Assembly: GCF_000143415.4 (NCBI RefSeq)
Contig: NW_003314261.1
Span: 62,001 to 126,000, forward strand
Source: Selaginella moellendorffii
Taxonomy: Eukaryota > Plantae > Lycopodiophyta
Direction: 5' to 3'
DNA length: 64,000 bases
This document shows positions 62,439 to 64,000 of this stretch, in pieces (the stretch's first letter is position 1; each line of letters begins with the position of its first letter). Under the pieces are notes generated by a model. The model did no database searches. It had not been told where the DNA came from and saw only the letters and a list, made by a program, of their open reading frames with translations. A program made the position numbers and the translations under genes.

Positions 62439-63439
62439 TCCGCGGACAAAGTGAAGTCAACTCTAGTCAACTCATGTCCCAGGGGAAGTGGACTGGCAAA
62501 GCGGGTGACGGGATACTCTTTGTGTTCGAAGGAAGGCTGGCTATGGATGTTAGGCATGGGCATGGAACGGTCGTGAACGGGTTTAGTCAACCATGGTAAA
62601 CCTCTGGTTGACCGACCCCAGCTATTGAGAAGTGTGACGAATCCATGCGCGTCTGTGACATAGTGATGCCTTCGCAAACCAAGCGCAAGGCCCCCGCAGT
62701 AAAAGAAAATCTTTCAGCATTGATTCAAGCAGATCAGAGACTTAATTGAACATGAAGAAGTTAAGGTGGTGGAGGCAACGACGTTGAGAGCGGCATGAGT
62801 TCTTCCAGAGCGCCATGATCCCGCTCCAGATGATCTTTGAGCTTGTCATCGGCATTCGCCTCCACAAAAACGACGCCTTCGTTTTTGAAGCTCATGCGAT
62901 ACTCCGGCTGCTTACATGAGGATCGTTTTTGGAGCTGATTCGTCCCGTCCATTCTCGGTAGTAGCCTAGCAGCCCAGAAAGGCTGTGTTTGAGCTTCTCA
63001 GTTGATCCTTGTGGCGCTTGAGTGTAGGTCAGCACTACCGGCTCAACGATTCTGGGAACAATGGTGTCTATGGGGTGAGAAACACATGATTCAGAGTGGG
63101 ATCTGTAGTTGGAGTTGTGATTCTTGAAAATATCAAGTTGGGGGTCAGCTTCTCAATTCGAAATGACATGCCAATAGTCATTGTTTCATTCAACAGACAG
63201 TGAAGACTGTTTGATATGACTGGAAAAGCCTTAATAGGGAGCTAATCAATACTCAGGAAATGAGCTGTATGAGCTCTGCTGCGATTTTTAAATGCTGACA
63301 GTTTTCGGCACGAAAAAAATTGTTTAGTCCCAACCTGTTTACAACGTGCCAGTGGAAGCAGTGTTAGTTGAAGTGAGAAACACGTTATTCATGATTCGGA
63401 GGATCTGCAGTGATTCTTGGAAAGATCAAGCTGGGGGTC

Positions 63440-64000
63440 AGCTTCTCAATTGCACATTGCACACTATTTATGGGGGAGCTGAAGAATCTCCAAACCGTCT
63501 GGCTTGATTACAGTAATTTCACCCATCTACGTTGATAAACGTGCAGGAAACTTGTTGAGCTGGATTTATCTGGTAATTACTTCACTGGCAAAATGTTAAC
63601 AACTGCACTTCCCGTGAATATGACCTCAATTGACTTGATTTTTAACAGGTTCAAGGGTTCACTGCCACATTCCTTTTGCAACGAGAGACCTGTAACCTGG
63701 ACTCACATAAGTTTGGTAAGAGTCTATACATTTTTGATCTTTCATTCAACAACTTTCATGGTCAACTCGCCATCAACTGCAGTGATCAAAACTTAAAGAT
63801 TGCAAAGAACAGACTGGTGGGGGAAATTTGAGAGCCTTTTTAGTGCAGCTGATACTGTAGAACTGTCTGAGAACATTTCACAGGCAGCATACCACAGCAT
63901 GCTGGAATCAATAGTCGTGTTGTCAACTTCAGCTACAACAACATGACTGGAGCTATCCCAGACACAGTCTGCAAATGGAGTAGTACAGTGATCATATCCT
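63440..64000 (+). pseudogene. Plant extracellular LRR (RLK/RLP-type) gene remnant
   Basis: TSIDLIFNRFKGSLP, DLSFNNFHGQL, IAKNRLVGEI and NFSYNNMTGAIP in shifting frames. Confidence 0.75.

Noticed and set aside
61850-62960. Possible decayed UGT gene around MITE copy 2
   Set aside because: Only vague resemblance (LEELM..LPPPP, TLSAEELNAL) and no PSPG box was found.

Overview
This is plant nuclear DNA, judged from TTTAGGG repeats, roughly 40-60 bp spliceosomal introns and plant LTR retrotransposons. The tiny introns and TE types suggest a lycophyte such as Selaginella, which is an inference. Well over half the window is nested, decayed Ty1/copia and Ty3/gypsy elements, including a four-level nest at 17-35 kb. 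Host-type genes are mostly remnants: Di19, UGT, LRR, Fic and two Crinkler-like NTPase genes. One MiAMP1-type peptide gene looks intact. The most unusual part is 1-7482, which looks like the right arm of a large, unclassified TIR element. It carries a multi-exon gene with a ParB/Srx-like domain and a degenerate adenine-methyltransferase-like fold. About 13 copies of a ~22-bp palindrome lie in its introns and flanks. A 506-bp internal segment sits inverted between short inverted repeats, and flipping it restores the reading frame at both junctions. Its terminus matches two 288-bp MITEs at 40198 and 62151, which carry the same palindrome. All family assignments come from motif recognition by eye, not from database searches.
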